From: Peribolospora baueri
Lineage: Eukaryota
DNA length: 64,000 nt
Assembly (NCBI GenBank): GCA_029717555.1
Contig: JAMDHS010000059.1
Span: 1-64,000 of the forward strand
Direction of reading: 5' to 3'
Shown: positions 36,601-50,844 of the stretch, piece after piece
Layout: every line of letters begins with the position of its first letter
Position numbering within the stretch: the first letter of the stretch is position 1
Program-made: the position numbers and the translations under genes
Notes under the pieces: generated by a model
Databases searched by the model: none
Seen by the model: the letters and a program-made list of their open reading frames with translations, nothing else
Told to the model about the DNA's origin: nothing

Positions 36601-38330
36601 AGCCTAGAGAAATGCGTCTCGGACTGATCGGAATCGCTCACGGCTGCTGGGCTGGCGGGAGATGCATCAGAATCGCTTTCGAAGTCATCTGATGAGACGA
36701 AATCGTTCGCAAGCGTTGGAGAGGCCACATCGAGCTTGCTAGACGAAGCAACAGAGGAGATGTATGAACGCCGGTCGGGCTCATTCGGCACAAATGGGCG
36801 TTTCTCGGGTGATTTGAGAGTCCCGTTGGCCGGCTCGAGCCTCGTGGGAGGGGATGGAGCATCGATATCGGAATGGGCGGAATTGGAGGCCGTAAGCTCC
36901 GGCTGTCGCTCTCGTGCGGCGACACCGTTCGGTATCTCCTCGATGAGAGGACGTCGGCCCGCAGGATCGACGCCGGGCAGAAGGTGTCCAGGGGATAAGG
37001 CGCGACCGTTGGCCGACGGAGACAGCTCGACGTCGCGTGGTGGACTGAGCGTGCCTGAAGCGAGAAGGGGATCCTTTTCTACGAGGACGGGCGACGAGAG
37101 ACCCGATACGAGCGAGTGAGAGGCAATTGAAGGTGAGTCGGTCATGCCGTTAGCCCAACGCGGTGATTGCGTCCCGCTCGCAGATGATCGTCGTCGTGAC
37201 CATCCATCTCCTAGAAGCCCGGCCGTCCCGCTAGCGTCGTCGTCGCTGTCAGACGAAGCATAGGATAGACGCGAACCCTCCTCTCTGCCATCTACACCTC
37301 CCGAATTCGCCACCCCCTCTTTTCCGTCGTCGTCGGATGAATATTCAGAGTCGTCTTCTCCCGTACCGACATCCGACAGTTCGATGTCTTCTGGAGTGGT
37401 GCTGGGGCGCCCGAGGACGATATGCTGCCGTTTGAGCATCCCGACTGAGTCCTCCAAGATCCTACCCAAATGCTGCCGCCCTTGCCTGTCCAGCTCCTCC
37501 TTCTCAGCACGCCGTTTTCGCGCCCGTACCACCTGTACGGCGAGCCTCCACTTCTTGTTGACCTCGCGAACTGTCCACTTGGCCAGAGCGCGCACCCGCT
37601 TCTCCTCCGCCTTACGTTCCCTTTCCTCCGCTCCGGCCTCCCTTTCCCAAAACGCCGCCACCATTCGCGCGATGCGCCGACATCCACCGATACGTGTACG
37701 AAAGTCGGCCCGTATCGCCGCCGAGAACAGCAAGGCATGGTCGACTACATGCTCGTGATGGGACTTTTCCGTGCGTGGCGGTGATCGTTGACGCCGGAGA
37801 TCGATGGCGGCGGCTGAGTTTGCGGCAGCAGGTACGTGAGAAAAGCCTTCGGCCGCGTATGGAGCGATCTTGAGACGTAGAGCCGTTTCCTCCTCCTCGG
37901 CCGCTAGGACTCGCTGCCAAGACGCCTCCTCATCGCCCGAAGTGTGGTATGATCTTAGAAAAGCGTCGACGGAGCGACCATGCCGAGGCGGCGCCGGAGG
38001 CTGGGAGGAATTGGTGTAGAAAGCGGGAGCAGGAGCCGAGCGGCGGGAGATCAACTTGATTCGTTTCGTGGGCCGAGGGGCGTTGCCACCGGTAGTGAAG
38101 CGCATGTGGCACTTTCCTGCTCTTGACGCGGGCGATGGGCCGAATGCGTCGGTTGGTCGACCTGCAGGAGAAGGCTCCGGAGTGCCTCCCGCCTGGGCCA
38201 GCCTCGCGCTCGCCCGTCGGGTGGACGAACGCCCATCTGGTTTGGCTTTGGCCTTGGCGGGGGTGGTGCCGTTCGTGTTTCGAGGAAGGGGATCTTGGAG
38301 CACGACTTTGTCTCCCCTGCGCGTGCGCAT
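33639..38330 (-). CDS. SWR1: SWR1 chromatin-remodelling ATPase (HSA domain plus split SNF2 helicase)
   Basis: HSA-like helix; [72 protein letters not shown]. Confidence 0.96.
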
Positions 38331-38597
38331 AGCGTGGACGCCTCGGCCTCCGTGGAAGAAGTGCTTTGGAGAGTCGCACTACATGCGCCGACGGGAGGGG
38401 GTGGTGGATGGAAAGAGGGTGGTGGTGGTATTATGGGAATGGAATGCATGCGAGTTCGCTTGTGGCCGCTTTTCTCAGCTTGAAACTGTCCTCGGTCGGG
38501 TGGTGGCTCGCCGCAGCTGCGGTCGACTCACGAAGGTCGGTCGGTTGGATGGATGGATAGGAGAGTATAGACGACGACGACACCACCACCGCCCGGC

Positions 38598-40868
38598 ATG
38601 ACCAGCATCGTCGCTATCGTCGACCTCAAGGGTAAGGTGAGCATCGGCGCCTTGGAGCGCATGGGCGACGACCGAACGATGATGGCCTGTCCGCGCATTC
38701 TGGCCACGCCTCTCACTTGTTCCTTCGTCGACGTCGCCCGACCAGTCCCTCATCCAAAGGAGCTACCGAGATGATATCAACCCGTCCGCCGTGGAGCGCT
38801 TCCTGCCGCTCCTGCTCGAGATGGAGGAGGAGAATCCAGCAGTAGGGCCGATATTTACCAGCGAGGGCATCAACTACATGTACGTCCGTCACAACAACCT
38901 CTACCGTGAGTGTTTGATCGTCGAGCCGGAAGTCGTGCGGGTGCGACTCAGTCGGCGTCGCGTCCGTTGGAGAACTTTGCTTGTCAGCAAGATGGTTCAC
39001 CCACTCCTTTGGCTTCTCTCGCCCTCACCACAGTCTTGGGACTGTCACGTAAGAACTCGAATGCGGCAGAAGTCCTTCTCTTCCTCCAGAAGCTGGCTTC
39101 GGTGAGTTATCGGCCTTCGCCTCCTCTTGTCTATGATGGCGGCCACGTCTTCTGTGGCTCTGTCCTTGACCAAGGCCGCGGCCGTCACCATCGTGTTATC
39201 CACATGTGCAGGTTCTCGAGGAGTATTTTAAGGAGCTCGAAGAGGAGTCGATCCGGGACAACTTCGTCATCATTTACGAGCTGCTCGACGAAATGATGGA
39301 CTTCGGTCACCCTCAAACGACCGAGAGCAAGATCTTGCAAGAGTAAGCCGAAGCACATGCACACATAGCGTTCCCACTTTATAACCTTTGTCAATGTCTG
39401 TGACCGACCGACCCTTCCCGTTGCTCCGCCAGATACATCACCCAGGAGTCGTACAAGCTTGAAGTTCGTCCCCCTATGGCGGTCACCAACGCCGTCAGCT
39501 GGCGATCGGAGGGCATTCGGTACCGCAAGAACGAAGTGTTCTTGGACGTCATCGAGAGCGTCAACTTGCTCGTGAGCTTCTTTGCTCTCCGTCGTACCCG
39601 AAACCAACGGGGACGGCTCATTGATATTGTTCCCCACTATGTTGCAAAGGTAAACGCAAACGGCAACGTCGTGCGGTCAGAGATTCTGGGAGCCGTCAAG
39701 ATGAAGTGCTACCTGTCCGGCATGCCCGAGCTTCGCCTGGGACTGAATGACAAGGTCATGTTTGAGAATACGGGCAGAGGTGAGATCTTTTCATCCCGCC
39801 ATTCTCCGCTTGGGTCGACTAGTCTGACGGAGAGTGCTTGCACACCTGGCGACAGCCTCGCGTGGAAAGGCGATCGACATGGAAGACGTCAAGTTTCACC
39901 AATGCGTTCGGCTTTCTCGCTTCGAGAACGACCGGACAATCAGCTTCATCCCTCCCGATGGCGAGTTCGAGCTGATGAGCTACCGCCTGAGTACGCAGGT
40001 CAAGCCGCTCATTTGGGCCGAGGCGATGGTGGAGCGACATGAGGGCTCGAGAATAGAATTTATGGTCAAGGTGGGTCTCTGGGTACCTCATCCCTCCTCT
40101 TGATTACCGGCGTTACTGGATTCTGAGTCAAATGTGGCCTCGTGTTCTGTGTTCCGCTATGAACGTATCGCCAGGTCAGGGCGCAGTTCAAGCGAAGATC
40201 CACCGCCAACAACGTTGAAATCCACGTACCTGTTCCGGACGATGCAGACTCTCCCAAGTTCCGGGTGAGTATCGCAGTCTTGTCCATGAAGCATGCGCCG
40301 CGTTATCAGACATTGGTTGACGTTCCATTCTTCCTCCTCAGGCCGCCGTGGGCTCCGTGCACTACGCGCCGGAGAAGTCGGCTCTGGTGTGGAAGATTAA
40401 GCAGCTGGGTGGTGGAAGAGAGTACCTCATGCGGGCGCACTTTGGCCTTCCTAGCGTCAAAGACGGTGAGCACGTAAAAGCAGTATGCTGTCGCTGCCGG
40501 TCAACCGTTCCACTGACCGGAAAACCAACTGCCTCTGCTTCGTCATGTGCGCAGCGGAGACTGTGGACAGGCGGGCGCCCATCAGCGTCAAATTTGAGAT
40601 TCCGTATTTCACAGTGTCTGGGATCCAAGTGCGGTACCTAAAGATCGTTGAGAAGTCCGGTTACCAAGCTCTTCCCTGGGTTCGGTACATCACGCAGGTA
40701 CGTAGGATGGCGTTTGTTGCGCGCGTCGCCAGCCTAAGCCGAGACGAGACGTTCTGCTCACTGACGATGGTGGCTCTTCTCCTCCCTGGCCGGCGACCAT
40801 TGTGACAGCATGGAGAATACGACTTGCGCACGGCGAGCGAGAAGCCGACTCGGATCGCCGAGATTTGA
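38598..40868 (+). CDS. APM1: AP-1 adaptor complex mu subunit
   Basis: [104 protein letters not shown]. Confidence 0.96.
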
Positions 40869-41166
40869 CCGGCCGGGCCGTCTGTGACTGTGGACGGATT
40901 GGGTTGGGTTGTCCGGCCTTGTGCCTGTGTGAAATATTGTGCCGCTATACCACTCCTTCGCTTCTGAATTGCGCATAGAACCCCTCTTGCCGGCGGCGTT
41001 ATGAATCGAGTCCGTCCCGTATCATGTCGACGGGTCTTCCTTTCCTTGGCCGCCAGCGCGCGTCGATCGCTCTTTGCGGATCTTCTTGCACGCCGGCCAC
41101 AGAGCATCGTCGCAGCACACCTTCGATGAGACAGATCTCTTCGTCCCCTCCTTTTCCCTCCCGACC

Positions 41167-42154
41167 ATGTCCCTCGACCTCGACTGGACCCTTCTGGACG
41201 CCCAACTGGCGTCGGTGCTCGCCCAGAAGCTCAACGGAGCTCTTCAGAGCGCCTCGCGTCCGAGCTTCATCGGTCCCATCCACGTCGACGGCCTCGACTT
41301 TGGCTCGGAAGCCCCCCAGGCCGAGGTCATTGACGTTCGCGACATATGGCCCGACTTTCTCGACCGCGATGATGATGAGGGAGACGGGCCGCCATATGCG
41401 CCCGAGACCGGTGCCATTGGAGAGGAGCAGGAGGGCGATAGGGACGGGTCGGCGCTCGGAGGAGGGCCGCCTTCTTCGTCCGGCTTGCCGACCCTGCAGA
41501 TTCACCTCTCTCTCACCTATCCCACCGCCTCCTTCCGCCTCTCCCTGTCCACATCTCTCCTTATCAACTACCCCTCGCCCCTCTTCATGAGCCTCCCTCT
41601 CAGACTCGAGGTCACAGGTCTCCTCTTCCAAGGCGTCCTCGTCCTCGCCATCGAGGGAGACAAGCGTCGGCTCCATCTCAGCATCCTCGAAGACGATCGA
41701 GCCGTGCCGTCTTGGACACCCTCCTCCAGCTCGCAAGACGGGCCATCGTCCGAGTCGGAGTCGGTGCCAGTCGCCCGCGGCGCCTTCCTCTCTCCCTCTG
41801 CAGCCCCAGAGCTTGGGGCGGAACGGCATCGACCCGGATTCACTGGCCCGACGACCGCCGCCGCCGCCGCCGCTGGCGGAGGAGCGAAGACGACGCCAGG
41901 TACACGCCTCCTGCCTTACATCCAGATCGAGAGCGAGGTAGGCCAAGCGGACAAGCACGTCCTCAAGAACGTGGGCAAGGTGGAGAAGTTTGTCCAGGAC
42001 GTCCTGCGCAAGGCACTCGAGGATGAGGTGAGCGGAACCTCGCGTTCTATCGCCAAGTCTGGCAGGAATGGATGATCCGTCCGTCTCTGACCAGTGCCTT
42101 TTTCTCCTATCTTCTCAGCTCTGTTTTCCCAGTTTCTACACGATCGTCCTATGA
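41167..42154 (+). CDS. MDM12: ERMES subunit Mdm12 (SMP domain)
   Basis: MSLDLDW, RPSFIGPI, DFGSEAP, TSLLINYPSPLFMSLP, IESEVGQADKHVLKNVGKVEKF, DE|LCFPSFYT. Confidence 0.95.
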
Positions 42155-42233
42155 AACGCCGTCGCAGTGACTCTTGGCAATTCGAGTACAAGATACAAGA
42201 TCTAGCGTAGTCTAAGGCCCACCCATGCTGCCT

Positions 42234-45200
42234 CTACGGTTCTTCATCCGCGTCCTCCGCCTCATCCGAATCGCCAATGTCGATATCTGGCATCTCTTCA
42301 TCGTCATCGCCGTCGTCATTGGCCGCGTCGTTCTTCCCCGCAAAGGCTGCCGTCGAACGTGCATCGACCTGCACCATCGAAGAAGGAGCTCCTTCCAACC
42401 CTCCCCCATCTCCTCGACCCACGTCAGCAGCCGCCGAAAGAGCCATCGACGGGCCCGCAACCGGTTCGATGATCGCGGCGTCCTTCTTCTCCGCCAAGAC
42501 CGCCGTCGAACTGGTATCGACGTGAATCATTGAAGGAGTTTCTTCTGCCCTTTCCGCATCTTCCCGGCGTGCGTCACCTCCCGCCAAAGGAGCGATCGAT
42601 GGAGTCACGCCCGTCATGTCCACCACGTCGGCTTGCACCGACAAGGTTCCTTTCACCCCTCCCCCGTCTCCTCGGTCAATGTCGCCAGTCGCAGAACGAG
42701 CGATCGATGGGGCCACACCCGTCACGCCCACCGTTTCGATCACCGTAGAGCCACGCGCAGACACTAGAGGCGGGAAGCGCGGATGCAACAATCGTTCCAG
42801 GCGTCCGGTCAGGTCGCGAGCTGCTCGTCGAACACCCGCATCGGTGCAGTGAAGGGCTGACCGCGCGACCTCGACGGCAGCGCCGGATGCTGTGGCGAGG
42901 ACGGCGGTGCTGGAGGTATGGAGGGCATCGTCCAGTGCGGTCAAGACGGATGCGGCGAGCGCAGCTTCGGCACGAACGTGCGCTTGTGTCGTTTGTCGAA
43001 TCAAGAGGTGGTGAGCCAGATCTAGGAGGAGAGGCATCGTTAGAGCGTCCAGTTCAGCTTGGAGCGTTTCGATAGGGTCCACAAGGACGGGCAAAAGTCG
43101 CCCAAGCACTGTCCAGTTTAATTGTCAAACATATATATCCTCTTGAGCAGTCTGGAGACAGTTAAGCGCTCATGAGAGGCAAGCACGATATGGAGAGAAG
43201 ACACATACGTTGGAGAGCCGCTTGGGCGGTATCAATTTGTGCGGGATCAAGCCGTGCGCGCTGCGAGAATGCCTCGTCGGTTTCAAAAGTCTTCGTCCTC
43301 TTCGCTTGTGGTCGCTTGTGTTCAGTGGACCGTGCGGTCTGTTAAGGGACGTCGAAGATCGGAACGGAACCGTGGAAGTTAACGGAATGCAGGAAAGCGT
43401 TGAGACGAAAAGCACGAGAGCTTGGACTCACCGTTGTTGGCCCCGCAGACGCTTGCTTCAGCGAGATGGCAGTAGTCGCAAGTTCCTCTAAACAGAGTCG
43501 GGCGGTATGAGAGAGGCTCGGCTCGGCGGGATCGAGAAAGGCACCCGCCTCTGCGAGCAGATGTGCCAGCGTACGCAAAATGGCGAGGCGAAGGAGACTG
43601 AAAAAAACGAAGGGGAGATGCCAGAAAACCGATCACTAAGACCGTCCTTCCTGTTTGCAGTTCTCCGCTAGCACTCACGGAGCGGTACGATGATCCTCAT
43701 GTACCCTGACAAGGGTTGGTAGGAGACTAGGCAGGTACGGCGAAAGATGACCCTTGAGGCTGGCGGTGGGTATGGAAAAGAAGGATGGCGGTAAGTGATA
43801 GATCGGCTCGCATCCTAACCAGTGTGCACTTACCAGTTCGAAAGGTGCCCAAGGATGGAAAGAGAAATGAGGTGAATTCGCGGGAGGAAGGCCCTCTCAA
43901 GCACATGTTGAGAGCGGTCTGCGAGCTCCAATCCCTGCGCGGTTTCGCAAAAAGATGGATGTCAGCGGGTCTATCGGCGCGCCTAAAATGCGATGTAGTC
44001 ACTCACCTGGCTCGAAGCTGTGACACTCAACATGCTGTTGATAAGGGCAACCATGCTGGCGATTGGAATGGAAACGGGTGCTGGAGTCCCCGTTCTGTCC
44101 GCCAGGAGGGAAGGAAGACCAAGCTGTCCTTAGTTGTCGAGCCTAATATCACGGCGATATCGACCTCCAAATAGTAAAGTGGAATCTGCGCAGACTCACC
44201 GGAGGAGCACATTGAGTACTATGGAAGCCTTCTCCAGCCGGTCGAACGCCAGTGACATCACTTTGTAAGGCTCCTCAACGCCAGAGGCCGATAACGGGGC
44301 CAAATCAAAATGCGTAGTGAAGGAAGGGAAGCCATTAGGCTTGACGAACGTTGTCCACAAGGCGTCGTGACACGTCTTGGCTATCGTGCCAAATGTCGCT
44401 TGCAGTGTTCGAGACCAGATTGCAGCCGCTGTTCCTGGCGTGTTGACATTGCCTTTAGAGGAGGCTCCGGTGAGATGAAGAGCCGAAAGCACCTCCCCTG
44501 CGAGCACGACGTTCGAGGACAGCGTGGGAGCGTCTATTAATGGAGCGAAAATGGTCGTGGTGCACAAGTGCTGTATCCGATCGACCAGAGGTCTGTGCAG
44601 CGTCGGGAAGATCCTCAGGGCGACTCTGACGTATTGCAGACCGGCGTGCTGGTGCAACGAAACGATTGTCGCAAGAGGACGAGGAAACGTCAGGTCGATC
44701 AGGTGCACGAAGTTGTCAAGCAGCGGCAACAAAACAATGAACGGCTTACAAGCAGAGTCGAATCCATTCCGGGACCTTGAGCCACCTCTCGCTCACACAG
44801 CGAGGATACAGAAGCACTAAGCTTCACGACAATGGGAGAGAGCACCTCCCGCGTGTATTCGGGACGGGAGGACGCCAATGGCAGGAGGTGGTCGGCCAGT
44901 AGTACGAGTATGGGACGGGCGTACGATGGAGTCGATCCCGGCCTAGTCAGAGCTCCTGCGGCCCAGCTGACCCAGCCTCGGGCTTCTGCGACGGCGACCT
45001 CTGGCGCCTGCGCAGAGGTGACGCAAGCAAGCCAGACTCCCGTGCTCTTGCTGGCCTCGGTCCGGCCAGCCATGAGAGAGTTGATACGCACCGTCCATCG
45101 GTGAAGAGCCGTCTGCGCCGCGGCATGATCTTCGTGCGCCGGCGAGACTGATGCGGTATAGACGAGGGCGAGGATGCGCGTGGACGCGAGGGTGGGCAGC

Positions 45201-45316
45201 AGGAGCTCGAGCTGCTGCTCCGGTGTGGACTTGTCCGAGTCGGAGCGGAGGAAGGCAGCAAGAAGGGAAAGCAGCTGCTCCGAGGGAGGAGAGCGCCGCG
45301 CAAAGTCATCCATCAT
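42234..45316 (-). CDS. RIX1: Pre-rRNA processing protein Rix1/PELP1-like (multi-exon)
   Basis: LHRWTVRINSLM...GVWLA N-terminal motif, LERLLHPRFPPL, acidic tail DDDEEMPDID. Confidence 0.75.
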
Positions 45317-45527
45317 CGTCACACCGCCGAGCTGAAGACTGCTTGCTATGCGACGACGACGAGCAAGTCGCAGCGTGAACTCGACGAGAAGAATGAATGC
45401 CGTCTGGAAAGCTGCGGTACCCGATGTCTGCTGACTAAGCAGTGCGAGCTGGGATGGTCGTCACCCGCCGCAATCCTCGACTCGCTCGCTGTCCTCCCCA
45501 TCGACGTCGAGCGTGGTGGACTCGGTC

Positions 45528-48500
45528 ATGAGTGACGCTCAATCTGGGACGCACGCGCGAGCTCGCGACCGAGGCTCTGTGGCGAACGTGTATCACGACC
45601 CCGCCGTTGCGCGTCTGTTGCAGCTCGAGACCTTCGAGGTGAGCGGAGCGTCATGGGTCATGCTCGTGCTCGTTCATCCCAGCAATAATTCATGCATATA
45701 CGCCGCTGAACCGGACTTAACTTGCTCGACTTGGCCTCTACGCAGCGAGCATTCGACGTCAAGGACTTCATTGCTGGCCTTTCCGAGAAAGTGCTTTCTA
45801 GATCGAAAACGGAGTCTGGGCGTGAGTACTGTCCACAAAACATGGGCCTAACCGCGTCCTCGACCCACTTTGCAAGGCAGTGATTTGTTCAACTAACAAC
45901 ATCCTGGTTTTAGCTTTGTCGCCTCGTCCACTCATCCGTACGTTCGAGCATGCCGTCGTCGATCTCTTGGAGATACGAGCGCAGGTTCAGGCCAAGGCGG
46001 AACGCTTGGACGGAGAAGTGCACGTTGCAGAGCAAGCATATACAAAGAAGCTCAAGGAGCTCAGTGTCAATGTAGAGGTGAGCCTTCAACTCTTTGGCTG
46101 TACTTACATGCACGGCTGCAATGGAGCGAACGGTCTGTCGTTATTGAGTTTGTTTAACCGCGTTGCGTTACCCGTCCCATCAGGCTGTCAGCTCGTCCTT
46201 TTCGAGCTTGGAAAACCGCATTTCTGAAGTCGGTCGAACAGCCATTCGGATCGGTGAGGCTTGCAGCTTGACTGTAGCGCAGGAAAGATTTTGGTATCAT
46301 TTTACCCAGTTCTAATTTGCCGATATTTGTTCCCATATGATCGTGGGGGGCGGCAGGCGAGCAATTACAAACCATCGACAGGCAGCGCCTTCGAGCATCG
46401 GAGGCTCACGACCTCATTCAATATTACTACCAATTTGCCCAAGGCGATACCTCCCGCGTCGATACGCTCCTCAAATCTAGACGGCCCGAGGACCGGCACA
46501 CAGCAGCCGTTGTGGCTCGACGCCTGGCAGCCATTAGTCGGGAGGTGGACGTGGAAGGGGCGGAGAAGACGCGGGAGGAGATCGACAGGTATTGCGAGTC
46601 GTTTGAGAAGATGATGCTGAAATTGTTCGATAGGAGCTTCCGGAAAGGGGATCCTAAGATGATGGCGGTGAGTAAGATTGGAATCCCTGACACTCCCGCA
46701 TCCAGCATCTGTGCCCCGCTCCTCCATTGTGTAATGTCTTCCTCCTCTTGTGTATGTGGCACGGCTGACGCAGTGGAGAGCTGACCTACATTGCGGCTTT
46801 CTTCCAGCACTGCGCCAAAGTCCTGCAAGACTTCAACGGCGGTGCTTCCTGCGTGCAGATATATGTTAACCAGCACGACTTCTTCATCAGCAAGAACCGT
46901 GTCGAGCAGGCTGAAGCTGTGTTATCCAGCACGATGTGAGCAAACCCTCTGCCCTCCGCCTTGCTTCCCCCTTTTTCATCATGCGGATCGCTGACGCTGC
47001 ATTCCTCTCATCCTTCACGTAGTTGGGACGCCCTTCCGGATCCTGATGCTTTGCCACCCAAGTCCGAACCCGCTCTCGACGCCTTGTTCGCTGAAATCCG
47101 AGAAACGGTCAACCAGGAAGCGCACATTATCCAAGCAGTTTTTCCCGAGCCCATCGTCGTGATGCAGAATTTCTTGCAGCGCGTCTTTGCACAGTCGGTG
47201 AGCACGGTCGTACGATAAGACGGTCGTTACCATTAGCACAAGCTTAATTTTGGTGCAACGGTCAATGCCACAGATTCAAGGTTTTGTGGAAGTATTGATG
47301 CAGAAGGCGGGCCAGTACTCGGACCTCACGTCCCTGCGGGCTCTTCACATGGCTCGGTCGTCGACGTTCGCGCTGGCAGACGATCTCAAGCCATACGACT
47401 TTTCTGGCCGAATCGCCTCCGGCTCGACGCTATCACCCAACGGTGTCATTTCTCCAGGCAACGAGACGTCGATTACGGTTGCTGGTTCTGGAGGCAGTGG
47501 GAGCGCTTTGGCACCCATGCTCGATCAGGCCGTCGAAGAGCTGTTCGTGCCTTACATGGAGAGCGGAGGCGTAAAATACCTTGAACGTGAGGCAAAAAGC
47601 TTGACTGAGCTGTTCGCGACGTATCTGGCTCGGTTCGAACGGTGGCACGTGAGTCATGGATTCCTCATCCGCCTGAAGGGCTATATCTCTCCAGTTTCGA
47701 TTGACCATGTTCCGCTTCACTCGTTTCTTTTATTCTGCAGCAAGATGCTCGGAAAGCAAAGTCGACGACGCTGCTAGACCGAATGCGCACGCAACTCACG
47801 TCTTCGAGCAATACTACGCCCTCCACTCCTAGCGCCTCTGGCTTGTTCAACAAGCTGTCCGGCCTGGGAGTCGCGCGTTCCACGACGCCGACGCCAGGGA
47901 GCAGGAACAGCGGCGGCGAGTCGGCGGACCTGGAGGTGCAGGTCGAGGAGAAGGACGGCGAGCTCAATTTGGACGTGGCCGAGAGAATGCTTCGGTGGCA
48001 TGCTGAGGCAGTCGGACGATGTGTCGACTTGAGTGCGAGCAGCGATGTGTAAGTCTCGCTAACGATCGACCTTGCTTAGCGGTCACATATTCCACATCCG
48101 CTGACGATCCTCCCTCTTGTTCCAGTCCCAAAAACTCGTTCGTCCTCCTAAAGGTCCTGTCTGAGGCGTTCATCAAGTCATACGTGGAGACCGCCCTTGA
48201 CACGTGAGCGAGGGTCGAACGTCCGGAACATCCTCCTTGACCACAGTCTACTGACCGCGTGTGGCGTCTTTCCCTACAGGGCGAAGGACCGGATCTCGTC
48301 AACGGATTCGCGCACCGAACCTGACCTGCGTCCCCTGCGGGTGGTGAAGATGGTGGACATGGTCATCAATCTGTGGCAGCACTACGTCAAGACCGCTCTC
48401 CTCCCTCTGGCTTCCAGCAGCGTCACGGTCCGACGCGAAATGGCTATATTCGACAATCATAACATGTTGAGAGTGGAGGGGAAGGTGAACGCGATGGTGC

Positions 48501-49459
48501 AGAGGGGCACGGACGGTGAGTCGGAATTTTGGAAGCGGCACGCCTCGGGCAGCAGATTTGAGATCACGCTGATAAAACCTATCGTGTGTCCTCCCCTCGC
48601 TTTTTTCGCCCGCCTCAGTCGTGTTGTCATGGCTCACTTCCCGCCTGGCGCTCCAAAAGAAGACGGACTACAAGCCGAAGAATGACGACCTCTCTTTCGC
48701 TCAGATCAACACGGAGCCTTGCTTGGCTTGTTGTGAAATGCTCTCCAAGGTCCGGGACGTGGCTAGGGAGAGTCTGAGCGGGAAAAACCTAGAGGTTTTC
48801 CTAACCGAAATCGGCGTGGGCTTCCACAGGTGAGAACGGTCGAGCACACCGGCCCTTTTAGTTTTTCTCGCGCGACACTCATTTTTCTCCTTTCTCCCTC
48901 CTCCCTTCAAGCCTGTTACTGGACCACCTGAAAAAGTTTCCCGTGAGCGCCACTGGCGGGCTGATGCTCACAAAGTAAGCCGGCTCGCTTGCAAGCGCCT
49001 TCTTCATCGCGACGACTACCGCGCGCGAGGGTTCTCATAGCCTTTTGGCCCGTTTCCGTCCCACTCACTTGCAGAGACCTGGCCATGTATCAAGACGAGA
49101 TCACGACGTTCGACATTCCCGCGCTCAACGACCGGTTCGAGATGATCCGCCAGCTGGGCAACCTGTTCATCGTTCAACCGGGCGTGCTCAAGTCGTACAT
49201 GAACGAAAGCTACTTGGGAAAGATCGACGAAGCGCTTCTGCGGCCTTACCTGGCTCAGCGAGTGGACTATCCCAAGTTTGCTCGCCGGTTCAGCGCGCTC
49301 GCCGCAGAGGTTGACGGCGGCGGCGGCGGGCCGGCTCCGAGCGCGGGATTGCCCCGTATCCCGAAGGACGAAGGGGTGACGAGGTTGGGCCAGCTCGTGC
49401 GGGACCTGGAAGCGCTCGTGGAGACCGGGCGTTCGTCGGAAGACGCCAAGTTTGCATGA
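45528..49459 (+). CDS. SEC10: Exocyst complex component Sec10 (multi-exon)
   Basis: PLIRTFE, VGRTAIRIGEQL, LQDFNGGASCVQIYVNQHDFF, IQAVFPEPIVVMQNFLQRVFAQS, LSGKNLEVFLTEIG, HLKKFPVSATGGLMLTKD. Confidence 0.93.
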
Positions 49460-49583
49460 GAGTGGCGGAGTGCGGGTTGCACGGATGCACGGGCCTGCGG
49501 ACGCGCGCGGCGGCGGCGTCGTCGTTCTGGTCTCGCCCGATCACCCTGATACCCCCAGTCCATGTATTAGTAGTCCCACGTTT

Positions 49584-50609
49584 CTATTCGGAAGAGACGC
49601 TGTCTTGGTCTATGATCACACCGTCGACACTCGCGCTCGCCAACGTGACGCCGTCCGCCGAGCTGGTGAACCCAATCTTAAAGTCAGGGAGCATCTGTCT
49701 GCCGAACGTGGTGCCGAAATGATGGACCAGCGCCGGGATGTGGTCCTGCACCGGCCGCACTTTGCCGCGTCTCCCCTGCGCCAGCATCTCTTGCTCTACG
49801 CTGCTTTGAGTGGCGCCTTGGATACCGCAAGCGACGATGCGGCGAAAGTACTCGTCGACGTCTCGGGTGATGTTGATGGCGAACCCGTGCGATGTGACGC
49901 GGTGCCGGACCTGTACGCCGATCGAGCCGATCTTGGCGGTGGGCGAGGTCCAGACGCCGGTGTGTTCGGAGGGGACAGTGGGCACGGAGAGGGAGCCGAG
50001 GTAGGCGGTCATGAAGGTCTGCAGGCGGCAAATATAGTCCCGGATGCCGAGCTATTTCGCGGTTAGGCGTAGGGGAGGAAGCGTCCCGTCGTCAGTGCCC
50101 CTTTCCCGTCAGAACACGCATCACCCAGGCGGTGTTTGGTTGGCACCGCTCGGCTCGCCTTGGCCGCTCACCTTCATCGCTCCGATATCGAGGATGGGAT
50201 AGCCGGTGACCTGGCCCGGTCCGTGGTAAGTGATCTGGCCTCCGCGCTTGGTGAGGTGATAATCCGCGCCGAGGCTCGTCAGCCTTTCCGCCTCGTTCCC
50301 GCTGTCGTCCTCCTTCTCCCTCCGCCCAACGGTGTACACGGGCCGGTGCTCCAGCAAGAGCAGATGGTCGGTGCCGGCCACTCGAGCCGCCTGTCTCGCC
50401 TCCTCCGATTCTGGGTGGACGGAAGCGAGAACCTGCCGAGCCAGACGACGACGCTCTACGAGCGCCTCTTGCAGTGCGAGGCCGAGGCGGTATGGGACGT
50501 GGTAAGGGACGTAGGTGTAGAAGATCGGCGGTAGGACGCCGTCGCCGAGTGTGCGGGCGGAGACGCTGAAGGCACGGGAGCCAGCTGGAGAGAGACGTAA
50601 GCGGAGCAT
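49584..50609 (-). CDS. LIP2: Lipoyl(octanoyl)transferase LipB/Lip2, 2 exons
   Basis: LLLLEHRPVYTVGRR, KRGGQITYHGPGQ, TGVW...KIGSIGVQV...VTSHGFAINI, IVACGI. Presequence-like N-terminus. Confidence 0.95.
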
Positions 50610-50844
50610 GGGACGAGACGGGAGACGGCCCCTGCGTGGTGGTGGTGTTGGTGTTGGTGGTGATGATGATGGGGTGACGGGAAAAGAATTGTCCGCCGCC
50701 AAAAAACATCATCCACGGCGATTTAAATATATTTATTTCCGCTCCCCCACACTCGCTCGCATTTAACCACCCTCGCCTGCTCGTCCGTCACCGTCACCGT
50801 CACCAACACCGAAACCGACTCATCGCCTCGTTCGCCCACCGAAG

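Noticed and set aside
40999..41958. Long antisense ORFs (e.g. 319 aa opposite MDM12, 247 aa at 4906-5649, 217 aa opposite SWR1)
   Set aside because: These are shadow ORFs expected from GC-rich codon usage, with no motifs.
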